From an uncultured Acidimicrobiaceae bacterium (GTDB taxonomy: Bacteria; Actinomycetota; Acidimicrobiia; Acidimicrobiales; RAAP-2): a stretch of 64,000 nucleotides of DNA. How positions within the stretch are numbered: the first letter of the stretch is position 1; every line of letters begins with the position of its first letter. The stretch is from the NCBI GenBank assembly GCA_963726545.1, contig CAVSCV010000008.1:61887-125886 (forward strand), in the 5' to 3' direction. This document shows, in pieces, positions 31,337 to 39,827 of this stretch. A model generated the notes under the pieces. That model was not told where the DNA came from and did no database searches. It was given only the letters and a program-made list of their open reading frames with translations. The position numbers were made by a program, and so were the translations under genes.

Positions 31337-31839
31337 GCGTCCGCCTCCGCCTCGGAGGGTTGCGCAGAGGGTCGCGCTTGGTCGTGTGCGGGCATGTCGG
31401 GACGGCCGAAGAGAAGGCATGCGATGACGATGATGATGCCCACCGTCACGCACGCGTCGGCCAGGTTGAAGGTCGGCCAGTGATCAAGGGTCACGAAGTC
31501 GGGCACCTGTCCCCCGTGACCTCCGAAGATCCGTTCGGCGAGGTTGCCCAATGCACCGCCCAGGACCAGCCCGCCACCCACGGCAAGCGGCACGGTGCGT
31601 ACCCGGGAGACGACGAAGGCAAGCACGACGAGGCCGATGAAGAGCAGCACCGTCACGGCCACAGCCCGACCGCTGAAGAGGCTGAAGGCGAAGCCCGAAT
31701 TGAACGTGAGCGCGAAGCCGAAGGGACCCCAGACGTGGCTCACCGTATGGATGTGATCGATGGCGAGCGACGTGGTCACCAGGTCGGCGACCACCACGAC
31801 AGCTGCGATGGCGAACGCCAGTACCCGGATTCGGGTCAG
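31333..31839 (-). CDS. lspA: Signal peptidase II (lipoprotein signal peptidase); start codon unresolved
   Basis: NSGFAFSLF and FNLAD catalytic Asp motifs. The first canonical start (GTG 31797) removes TM1. The frame is open back to 31860, with only CTG 31839 (a CTGA overlap with the upstream stop) or ATC 31830 as candidates. Confidence 0.75.
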   Translation of the reverse strand: MTRIRVLAFAIAAVVVVADLVTTSLAIDHIHTVSHVWGPFGFALTFNSGFAFSLFSGRAVAVTVLLFIGLVVLAFVVSRVRTVPLAVGGGLVLGGALGNLAERIFGGHGGQVPDFVTLDHWPTFNLADACVTVGIIIVIACLLFGRPDMPAHDQARPSAQPSEAEADA

Positions 31840-32696
31840 CGACGCGACAGGCCCCCGCTCTTACAGGCCACACAGAGCCGCGCATAGGGCAGGGCCCGCA
31901 GCCGCGGCTTGGGAATCGGCTGGTAGCAGCGCTCGCAGTAGCCGTAGGTCTTCTCGATGATGCGGACCAGGGCGTCGTCGATCTCCTCGACGGCGATCGT
32001 GGCCTGGCCCGAGAGCGCCAGGTTGCGCTCGCGGTCCACCGTCACCGTGCCGCCCTCGCCCGACTCCTCGTCGAACTGCACGTCCCCTGGCTCGCGCTCG
32101 AGGGCAAGTGAGTCGGCCTCGGCTCGCAGCGAGGTGGCCTGCTCTTGGTAGATGGCGCGCTCCTCATTGAGCAATTCCCGGACCTCGTCGAGGAACTTCA
32201 AGTCCTTCGAATAAGGGCCGCTCTTGGGACGCACTGGCGCCGGGGGCTTCGGCTTCGGCGTGAACGTTGTGCGCGGGGCGGCAGCGATCACCGGAGCGGC
32301 GCCGTTGTCGGCCGGGACGGCCTTCTTCGCCGGAGCCTTGTCGGCGGCAGCCTTCTTGGCCGGAGCCGGCGCCTTCTTGGCCGGAGCAGCCTTTTTGGCC
32401 ACGGCAGGTGGCGCCTTCTTGGCCGGCACCGCCTTCTTGACCGTGGCCGCTGGCGCTTTCTTGGCCGGGGCTTTCTTGGTGGCCACGGGCGGCTTCTTCG
32501 CCGAAGGCGCAGCCTTCTTGGTCGTGCTGGGGGCCTTCTTCACCACAGGGACTGCCTTCTTTTTTGAGAGAACGGAACTCTTTGTCGTCGATGCTCCAAC
32601 CTTCGAGGAGGCGGATTTCTTCCCGCCTGCAGCAGACGAGGCTGCACGCGACCCCGACACCCGCTTGACCTGGGTGCTCTTGCTGGCTGGGGTCAT
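31836..32696 (-). CDS. DksA/TraR-family C4 zinc-finger protein with a long Lys/Ala/Pro-rich (PAKKA repeat) N-terminal tail
   Basis: C-terminus YGYCERCYQPIPKPRLRALPYARLCVACK (CxxC-x17-CxxC) after a coiled-coil. ATG 32696 preceded by GAAGGAGG. Residues ~45-140 are AKKA/PAKKA repeats. Confidence 0.8.
   Translation of the reverse strand: MTPASKSTQVKRVSGSRAASSAAGGKKSASSKVGASTTKSSVLSKKKAVPVVKKAPSTTKKAAPSAKKPPVATKKAPAKKAPAATVKKAVPAKKAPPAVAKKAAPAKKAPAPAKKAAADKAPAKKAVPADNGAAPVIAAAPRTTFTPKPKPPAPVRPKSGPYSKDLKFLDEVRELLNEERAIYQEQATSLRAEADSLALEREPGDVQFDEESGEGGTVTVDRERNLALSGQATIAVEEIDDALVRIIEKTYGYCERCYQPIPKPRLRALPYARLCVACKSGGLSRR
32279..32564 (-). repeat. Degenerate in-frame tandem repeats encoding (P)AKKA units
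   Basis: Repeated plus-strand GCCTTCTTGGCCGG-like units read directly. They lie within the dksA-like CDS. Confidence 0.7.
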
Positions 32697-32819
32697 TCCG
32701 CCCTCCTTCACACCACACGCGGCGGCTGGTGTCCCCGACGACGACCACGCCAAGGGAGCGGGTGACGATACAGGAAGGCTCTGACAGGGGCAATACGGCG
32801 TATTCCCCTCTCGGCGGCG

Positions 32820-33632
32820 CTAGACGGAGCGGGGCGCTCCCGAAATGGCGGCACCCGAGGCGCTCTGCAGGTTCAGCGTCGGGGGGCCGTCGTCCGCCGG
32901 CGGCAGTTCGGCCCCTGCGCCGGCCGGATCGCTCGCTTCACCGGCACCGGCGGCAAGCGCCGCGGCCTTGGGCCGGACCCCCATGAGGGAGTTGGCTGGC
33001 TGTACGTTCTCGTCGACCCACTTGAGAATGTCGCTGAGTGCGCCGCGAAGCCGGTTGCGCTCGGACTCGAGGTGTCGGGCCATGCTCTCGACATCGGTAG
33101 CCAGCTCGGTTCGGGTGGACTCCAAGCGGGTGACTTCCTCACGCAGTTTCTTGTTCGACTCGGCCTGCATCTGTGCTGCGGTCGCCTCGGCGGCCGCGAT
33201 CGAGGCGCGTGCCGTTTCCTCGGCCTGGTTGATGATCGCCGCCGCCTCGGCCTCGCTCTCGCGCTTGGTCTGGTCCACGAACTTCTGGGCCAGCAGCAAT
33301 GTCCGCTGCAGCGTCTCGTCGCTCAGGGTGTTCTCGTTCGCTGCCGCAGCAGCGGCGGCAGCGGCGGCTGCCGGCGCCTCATCACTCACTTCAGCCGCGA
33401 CCGGGGCGGCGCGCTTCTCGCGCTCGAGCTGTGAGATGCGCTCGCTCGCCTGGCGCAGCCGCTCGTTCAACTGGCGAACGTGCTCCTGGAGCCCCTCCGC
33501 CTCCTGGGCCGCCCGGTCCAGGTACTCGTCCACCTCATCGACGTTGTACCCCTTGAGACCAAGGCGGAACTCGACCGTGCGCAGGGTGTCGAGAATCGAT
33601 GCGGGAGCTTGCGAATTGTCCATGACCGCCAA
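32820..33632 (-). CDS. divIVA: DivIVA-domain cell-division/polar-growth protein
   Basis: N-terminal DivIVA motif (FRLGLKGYNVDEVDEYLD) followed by long coiled-coil. Located downstream of yggT-sepF as in other actinobacteria. Confidence 0.9.
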   Translation of the reverse strand: MAVMDNSQAPASILDTLRTVEFRLGLKGYNVDEVDEYLDRAAQEAEGLQEHVRQLNERLRQASERISQLEREKRAAPVAAEVSDEAPAAAAAAAAAAANENTLSDETLQRTLLLAQKFVDQTKRESEAEAAAIINQAEETARASIAAAEATAAQMQAESNKKLREEVTRLESTRTELATDVESMARHLESERNRLRGALSDILKWVDENVQPANSLMGVRPKAAALAAGAGEASDPAGAGAELPPADDGPPTLNLQSASGAAISGAPRSV

Positions 33633-33669
33633 GCTTACCTATCTGATCCTGGCGTTCCAGGTATGGGAC

Positions 33670-33927
33670 TCAGCCGCGCAGGACCGGAATGAGGACGATC
33701 TCCGCGACGAGGATGACGACCAGAAACGAGAGGTCGAGACCCCCGATGGGCTTGATGAGCGACCGCACCGGCCGTAGCACGGGGTCCACCACCCGGTAGA
33801 GGAAGTACTGGACCCTGGCCAGGGTCGTCCCCGGCTGGATCCGGAACCAGCTCAGGAGGGCATAGGGGATCATGAACAGCCAGATATAGGCCTCGATCAA
33901 CCATGCGAGCAGCTTGAAGACGTTCAC
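33670..33927 (-). CDS. YggT family membrane protein
   Basis: 85 aa, two TM segments and the typical LSWF...DPVLRPVR pattern. Conserved position between sepF and divIVA. Confidence 0.85.
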   Translation of the reverse strand: MNVFKLLAWLIEAYIWLFMIPYALLSWFRIQPGTTLARVQYFLYRVVDPVLRPVRSLIKPIGGLDLSFLVVILVAEIVLIPVLRG

Positions 33928-33948
33928 CGGCCCCTCAGGGTAGTGGGG

Positions 33949-34559
33949 TCAATCCCGGCCGAAGCCGCGGTCCGCCAGGCGTTGTCTCTCCTCGTCGGAG
34001 ATCTTGACGTTGGTCGGCGCCAGCAGGAAGACCTGGTCCGCCACCTTTTCCATCTCGCCACTCAGGGCGTAGGTCACGCCGCTGCAGAAGTCGATCATGC
34101 GGCGCTGCAGGTCACGGTCCGCCATCTGGAGGTTCACGATGACCGGTCGGCTGTCCTTGAGACGGTCGGCAATCTCCTTGGCATCACCGAAACGCGACGG
34201 GGCGACCACGTGGACCCGGGCCGAGGCCGTCGCCAGCGGCGGGGGCGCCGACGGGGTGATGGTGGTGTCGGACGGCATGGCCCGTACCGGGCTCGGGCGG
34301 GGGGTAACGCTGGCCTGCGCAACCTTGGGCTGGGCCGGGACAGCAGATTCGCGGGAATCGTCCGGACCCGGCTCATCCCTCCGCTGAACTCCTCAGCTGG
34401 GCCTTGGTCGTACTCGGGGGTCGCGGGGCGGGCCTCGACGCGGCTCGTCGCGGCCGAGAAGCCGCGAGGGGCCCGGTCCTCGAGGTCGTCGTACTCGTCG
34501 TACTCGTCATCGAGCAGGCCGAGATACACCATGGTCTTCTTCATGAACGAGGGTGACAT
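33949..34559 (-). pseudogene. sepF: Cell division protein SepF, interrupted by a -1 frame break at about 34380-34392
   Basis: N-terminal piece is in ORF 34134..34637 (MSPSFMKKTMVYLGLLDDEYDEYDD). The conserved C-terminal domain is in ORF 33949..34278 and its open upstream extension (VVAPSRFGDAKEIADRLKDSRPVIVNLQ...FCSGVTYALSGEMEKV). GGAGAAGG precedes ATG 34559. Confidence 0.85.
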
Positions 34560-34626
34560 ACCTTCTCCTGTCCCGGCACAGCGTAGTGCCTGCTCGTCAG
34601 GGGGGCTGGGAGCCACAACACCCCCA

Positions 34627-35295
34627 TTACGCAGCACCTACGCCGTGCCGCGGTGGCCGCGCACCGAAGAGGGCCCTCCCGATGCGCACCATCGTCGTCC
34701 CCGCAGCGACGGCCGCCTCGAGGTCGTCGCTCATGCCCATCGAACGCTCCTCGAGACCCAGGTCGTCGGCCAGACGCCCCACGGTCTCGAAGGATGCACG
34801 CGCCACCTCCAGCGGGCCGGGCGCGGCCACGGTCATCAGGCCCACCACGTGGAGGTCGAGGGTGCGGAGCCGGCCCACCAGATCGGCGGCCTGACCCGGC
34901 GGACAGCCGTTGCGGCCGGGCAGCTCGGTCGTATCGACCTGCACCATGACCGCGGCCCCGGGCGAGAGGCGGGCGATCCGCTCCGCCTCGGCGACCCGAG
35001 CCACGCTCTGCCAGAGGCCGACGATGGGCGCCAGCGCAGCCACCTTGTTGCGCTGCACGGTGCCGAGGAAATGCCAGACCGGTTCACCGCCAGCACTCTT
35101 CGGCTGGCCCACGAGGCCGGCCTTCTCCACGAGCTCCGCCGCGTAGTTCTCGCCGATGTCGCGCAGGCCAGCGTCAAGGGCTGCCTCCACGGCGTCGGGT
35201 CCGAAGCCCTTGGTGACGCCGACGACCCGGATGCGCTCGGGATTACCGCCGGCGCGCTCGATGCGCGCCTGGAGAGCCGCAAGCCTCGACGCGAC
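34627..35295 (-). CDS. yggS: YggS-family pyridoxal-phosphate homeostasis protein; start codon unresolved
   Basis: GENY, FLGTVQRNK and MGMSDD motifs. The in-frame upstream extension encodes VASRLAALQARIERAGGNPERIRVVGVTK, which includes the PLP lysine. There is no ATG/GTG/TTG between the ftsZ stop and GTG 35190. Confidence 0.8.
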   Translation of the reverse strand, partial: VASRLAALQARIERAGGNPERIRVVGVTKGFGPDAVEAALDAGLRDIGENYAAELVEKAGLVGQPKSAGGEPVWHFLGTVQRNKVAALAPIVGLWQSVARVAEAERIARLSPGAAVMVQVDTTELPGRNGCPPGQAADLVGRLRTLDLHVVGLMTVAAPGPLEVARASFETVGRLADDLGLEERSMGMSDDLEAAVAAGTTMVRIGRALFGARPPRHGVGAA

Positions 35296-35302
35296 CTCGT
35301 CG

Positions 35303-36403
35303 CTAGCGCAGGAAGGAGGGGACGTCGAAATCGTCGTCGCCGAGGTCGAGCTCTTCTTCCGTTCCCGTGGCGTCGGCGAAGATGTCCACTGGTTCGGGTG
35401 TGTCGAAGATCGACGCGACCCGGTCGCTCTTGGGAGGGGCGCCCTCTTCCCAGCGTTCGAATCCCGCGGCGATGACGGTCACCCGCACCTCGTCGCCCAT
35501 GGTGTCGTCGATGACGGCGCCGAAGATGATGTTCGCGTCAGGGTGAGCCACCGAGTGGATGATCTCGGCTGCCTCGTTGACCTCGAACAGGCCCAAGTCG
35601 GACCCGCCGGCGATGTTGAGCAGGATGCCGCGGGCCCCCTCGATCGACGCCTCGAGGAGCGGCGACGTGATGGCGGCACGGGCCGCGTTGGCCGCTCGAC
35701 CGTCGCCGATGGACGATCCGATCCCCATGATGGCGGTTCCGGCGTTGATCATGACCATCTTCACGTCGGCGAAGTCCGTGTTGATCAGCCCGGGGACTGT
35801 GATGAGGTCCGTGATCCCCCGCACCCCCTGCATGAGCACCTCATCGGCCATTTTGAAGGCGCTGAGCATGCTGGTCTTGTCGTTGGAGACGGTCAGCAAC
35901 CGGTCGTTGGGGATGACGATGAGGGTGTCGACCTTCTCCTTGAGGGTCTGGATGCCCTTCTCCGCCTGCATGGCCCGACGCCGGCCCTCGAAGGTGAAGG
36001 GTCTGGTCACCACGCCGATGGTCAAGGCCCCGACACCCTTGGCGACCTCGGCCACGACGGGCGCCGCACCGGTCCCGGTCCCGCCGCCCTCCCCGGCGGT
36101 GATGAAGACCATGTCTGACCCTTGGAGAGCTTCTTCGATGTCTGCGCGGTGCTCTTCGGCCGCCTGCCGTCCGACCTCGGGATCGCTCCCTGCACCCAGG
36201 CCCCGGGTGAGCTGTCGACCGACGTCGAGCTTGAGATCGGCGTCACTCATGAGCAGCGCCTGCGCGTCCGTGTTGGCCGCAATGAATTCGACGTTGCGCA
36301 GCCCAGAGTCGATCATCCGGTTGACGGCGTTGACTCCCCCTCCGCCGACCCCAACCACCTTGATCACTGCCAGGTAGTTCCCCTGGGATGGCACGGTCGT
36401 CAT
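35303..36403 (-). CDS. ftsZ: Cell division protein FtsZ
   Basis: [14 protein letters not shown] tubulin signature, NTDAQAL, and a C-terminal DFDVPSFLR peptide. GAGGGAG SD. Confidence 0.97.
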   Translation of the reverse strand: MTTVPSQGNYLAVIKVVGVGGGGVNAVNRMIDSGLRNVEFIAANTDAQALLMSDADLKLDVGRQLTRGLGAGSDPEVGRQAAEEHRADIEEALQGSDMVFITAGEGGGTGTGAAPVVAEVAKGVGALTIGVVTRPFTFEGRRRAMQAEKGIQTLKEKVDTLIVIPNDRLLTVSNDKTSMLSAFKMADEVLMQGVRGITDLITVPGLINTDFADVKMVMINAGTAIMGIGSSIGDGRAANAARAAITSPLLEASIEGARGILLNIAGGSDLGLFEVNEAAEIIHSVAHPDANIIFGAVIDDTMGDEVRVTVIAAGFERWEEGAPPKSDRVASIFDTPEPVDIFADATGTEEELDLGDDDFDVPSFLR

Positions 36404-36582
36404 GAACTCCCTCGTCTCCGGGTCGATCGCCGACCGACTGCTCGCTGATAGGTCACGCCCCGCGCTGCCGGGGACGTGCGTCCAGCGACCAATCCCTGAA
36501 CCTTTGGGGAAGGTTGAAGTTCACAGCACGGCAACGTGGCCCCACCATACGGGGGGCATTCGGGCAGGTCAAGCATAAGGCA

Positions 36583-37395
36583 TCACCCCGGCGTCACGGT
36601 TACGGCGTCCGGGACACTCACGTCGATCACGTCTCCTGCATGGAGGGTTGCACCCGCCAGGACGGACGAGACGTCCTCGTACTTGGCGGTCAACTGGGTG
36701 GCGGAGCCGATGTTGACGGCGATCGGTGTCGTCATGGAGAGCTGCACCCAGCCGCCGGGCTCGACGGTCACGGCAGTCACCTGCGCGGCGAATGAGAGGG
36801 GCAAGGTGGTGGCCACTTTGAGGCCGGCGTCGTCCTTGGGTGACAGCATCGATCCGGGTGCACCGGGTGCCACCGGCACCGAGAGAAGGAGCAAACCGGG
36901 CGGCCGAGCCCCGGGCGCAACTTGGAGAACTCGCCCGTCGGCGCTCAGCACGGCCCAGGTGCTCCCCGGCGCCGCGAGCACCAGTCGAGGGGTCTCCTCC
37001 GTCACGGCGATGTGCACGCCATCGGGCCACGAGACGTGGACCGTGGCCGAGCTGACCCAGGGCAATCGCTCGATCCCCGTGGCGGCCGCTCCCGCGTTGA
37101 CGTCGAGCAGGGGTGGATGCCCGGACAGGCCGGCGGCGGCCACTACCTGAGCCGCCGTCTCGTGCACGGCTCCGGTCACCGTGATGCTCCGGGCGGCGAA
37201 GATCGGCGAGTGGAGCAGGAACCAGCCGCCGACGAGCACGAGGGTCACCACGAGGGCGCCGACCAGGACGTAGAGACGGCGGCGTCCCTGCTGGCGCAGG
37301 ACCGAGGTCCGGCGGGCCGAGATGCGTGGGTCCATGCGGCCTCCGGCCCGGCCCTGACCGCTCGGACGTGTCTTCTCGGCCACGGGCGGTGTCAT
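36583..37395 (-). CDS. ftsQ: Cell division protein FtsQ (POTRA domain)
   Basis: Basic cytoplasmic N-terminus, a single TM, a POTRA-like segment (ITVTGAVHETAAQV) and its position between murB and ftsZ. ATGA overlap with the murB stop. Confidence 0.85.
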   Translation of the reverse strand: MTPPVAEKTRPSGQGRAGGRMDPRISARRTSVLRQQGRRRLYVLVGALVVTLVLVGGWFLLHSPIFAARSITVTGAVHETAAQVVAAAGLSGHPPLLDVNAGAAATGIERLPWVSSATVHVSWPDGVHIAVTEETPRLVLAAPGSTWAVLSADGRVLQVAPGARPPGLLLLSVPVAPGAPGSMLSPKDDAGLKVATTLPLSFAAQVTAVTVEPGGWVQLSMTTPIAVNIGSATQLTAKYEDVSSVLAGATLHAGDVIDVSVPDAVTVTPG

Positions 37396-38408
37396 CGGTC
37401 TCCGCCCTTCGTCCGATGCATCGGTCCAGTCTTCCCGGCGTCGAAGCCCAAGAGGCGGACCTCCGCTGCCAATTCGATCCCGCTCTGTTCCCGCACGACG
37501 ACGCGCACGTGCTCCATGAGGGCGCGCACGTCATCGGCCCGCCCGCCCTTGTCGGCCTGAATGAAGTTGGCGTGCTTCTCCGAGACGTGCGCCGTCCCGA
37601 GACGGAATCCCCTCAACCCGGCCGCCTCGATCAAGCGCCCGGCCGAGTCCCCCTCGGGATTCGTGAAGACGGAGCCGGCGTTCGAACCGCCCGGTTGGTG
37701 CTCGCGGCGCCATTTGACGATGTCACTGACGCTGGCACGCTCCTCCTCGGCCGTACCTGGGCGGACCGCGAGGTCGGCCTCGAGCACGATCTGGGAGGCT
37801 CCGACGGTCGAGTGCCGGTAGCCGTAGCCGAGACGGTCGACGCCGTCAGTACCGCCGTCCTCGCCCAGCAGGTCGACCCAGCGATACCGGACGAGGCACG
37901 CGGCCATGTCCGAGCCGTGCCCTCCGGCGTTCATGCGGACGGCGCCGCCGACCGATCCGGGCACCCCGACGGCCCACGACAGCCCCGACCACCCGGCGTC
38001 GGCCACCCGGCGGGCCAGAATGGGCAGAGACAGCGCGGCACCGGCTCGTACGGTGGGCCGAGGATCGACCTGGGCGCTGGCCGGCTTGGCCGGGTCCGGC
38101 AGTGCGAGCCCGGCGAAACCCGAGCCGAGGTGCAGGACCAGCCCCTCGAACCCGGCGTCGGCCACCAGCAGGTTCGACCCCCGCCCGATGACGAAGACGG
38201 CCATCGCATCGCCTGGCCCTGAGCCAGCGGCTCCCACCTGACGGCAGGCCGTCCGGATTGCCTCGAGATCCGCAGCTCCTTCGACCTCGGCGAACAGCGC
38301 GGCCGAGCCTCCGACGCCGTATGTGGTCATCGGTCCGAGCGGCTCGTGGCGCCGGGCGCGCGGGCCGAGGGCATCGGCCAGGGCCTCGAGAACCGAGGCG
38401 GCCGTCAC
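37392..38408 (-). CDS. murB: UDP-N-acetylenolpyruvoylglucosamine reductase
   Basis: PLGPMTTYGVGGSAALF, VIGRGSNLLV, GVPGSVGGAVRMNAGGHG, GSVFTNP and SEKHANFI. The GTG start at 38408 forms a GTGA overlap with the murC stop. Lower part of the 821-aa ORF 37392..39857. Confidence 0.9.
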   Translation of the reverse strand: MTAASVLEALADALGPRARRHEPLGPMTTYGVGGSAALFAEVEGAADLEAIRTACRQVGAAGSGPGDAMAVFVIGRGSNLLVADAGFEGLVLHLGSGFAGLALPDPAKPASAQVDPRPTVRAGAALSLPILARRVADAGWSGLSWAVGVPGSVGGAVRMNAGGHGSDMAACLVRYRWVDLLGEDGGTDGVDRLGYGYRHSTVGASQIVLEADLAVRPGTAEEERASVSDIVKWRREHQPGGSNAGSVFTNPEGDSAGRLIEAAGLRGFRLGTAHVSEKHANFIQADKGGRADDVRALMEHVRVVVREQSGIELAAEVRLLGFDAGKTGPMHRTKGGDR

Positions 38409-39827
38409 CACGACGGCGAGTCGAGCAGGACGTCGGGCAGCGATGTGAGGTCGCCCGCGCCCAGGGTCAAGCAGAGATCGCCCGCCTGCAGGGTCTCGGC
38501 CACGGCGTCGCGGAGCTGCTCCCAGGCGGGGGCGTAGACGACGGGCAGCCGCGGATCTGACGAGCGGACCGCATCGGCCACCAATCGGCCCGACACGCCC
38601 GGCACCGGCGGCTCGCCGGCGCTGTAGACGTCCGTGACGACCAGGACGTCGGCGTCGGCAAACGCGGTGCCGAACTCGCTGGCCAGGGCGGCGGTGCGGG
38701 AGAAACGGTGTGGCTGGAAGACCGCCACGACCCGGGACCAGCCTCCGGTCGCGCGCCGTGGCCAGGGCGGCCCGGACCTCGGTCGGCAGGTGGGCATAGT
38801 CGTCGACGAAGGTGACGCCGCCGGCCTCGCCACGGAACTCGAAGCGCCGGGTCACTCCGGCGAAACGGGCCAACGCGGCCTGGGCTGCTTCAAAGGGAGC
38901 CCCGGCCTGGAGGGCGGCCACCGCGGCCACCGCGCCGTTCCGCGCGTTGTGGAGACCGGGCACGCCCATGTCGAGCCTGCCCAACGTGCCATCGGGTCCC
39001 AGCAGAGTGAAGGAGACCGAGCTCCGGGCCAACTCCAGGTCGGTCATCCGGTAGGTGGGCCCGCCCAACGAGCCGACCGTGAGCGCGCCGCGCTCCTCCC
39101 CGATGGCCGCCGCCTCCGGGTCGTCGGCACACACCACGGCCCCCTCGGTCGCCGCACCGACGAATTCGGAGAAGGCCGTCCGCAGCTCGTCGAACGTCCC
39201 GTAGTAGTCGAGGTGGTCCGGTTCCACGTTCGTGAGGACGGCCACATCGGCGCGGATGGCTCGGAACGTCCCGAAGCTCTCGTCCGCCTCGACCACCAAC
39301 CACTCGCCGGTGTCCCACACCGCGTTGGTCCCGATTTCGTTGACATCGGCCCCGATCACGAACGAGGGGCGCAGTCCCGCCTCGACCAGGATGAGCGAGA
39401 GCATCGATGCCGTCGTCGTCTTGCCGTGCGTGCCGGCGACGGCCAGGCACCGCCGCGTGGCGCAGATCGCCGCCAGCATCTGCGAGCGGGGAACGATCAG
39501 GACGCCGGCGGACCCGGCTTGGACCAGCTCGACGTTCTCGGGCTGCACGGCGGGCGAATAGGTCACGACGTCGGCGTCCCCGACGTGCTCGGCCCGATGC
39601 CCGATCGACACTGTGATGCCCTGGGAGCGAAGGCGTTGCGCCACCGGCGAGTCACGGAGGTCGGAACCCGAGACGACGTGCCCCATGGTGCGAAGGACGA
39701 TGGCGATGGCGCTCATGCCGGCTCCGCCGATTCCGATGATGTGAATGCGCCGCGGCACCAGCAGGTCCAGCGCGATCCGCTCCTCGTTCCCCGCCGCGGT
39801 CACGTCGTCGTCAGCGGGCATTGGCAT
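38405..39827 (-). pseudogene. murC: UDP-N-acetylmuramate--L-alanine ligase, interrupted by a +1 frame break at about 38735-38760
   Basis: N-terminal piece is in ORF 37392..39857 (IHIIGIGGAGMSAIA, GTHGKTTT, DDYAHLPTEVRAALATARD). C-terminal piece is ORF 38405..38833 (GGWSRVVAVFQPHRFSRT...DVYSAGE). The break lies in or beside a GCGCGCG run. Confidence 0.9.
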
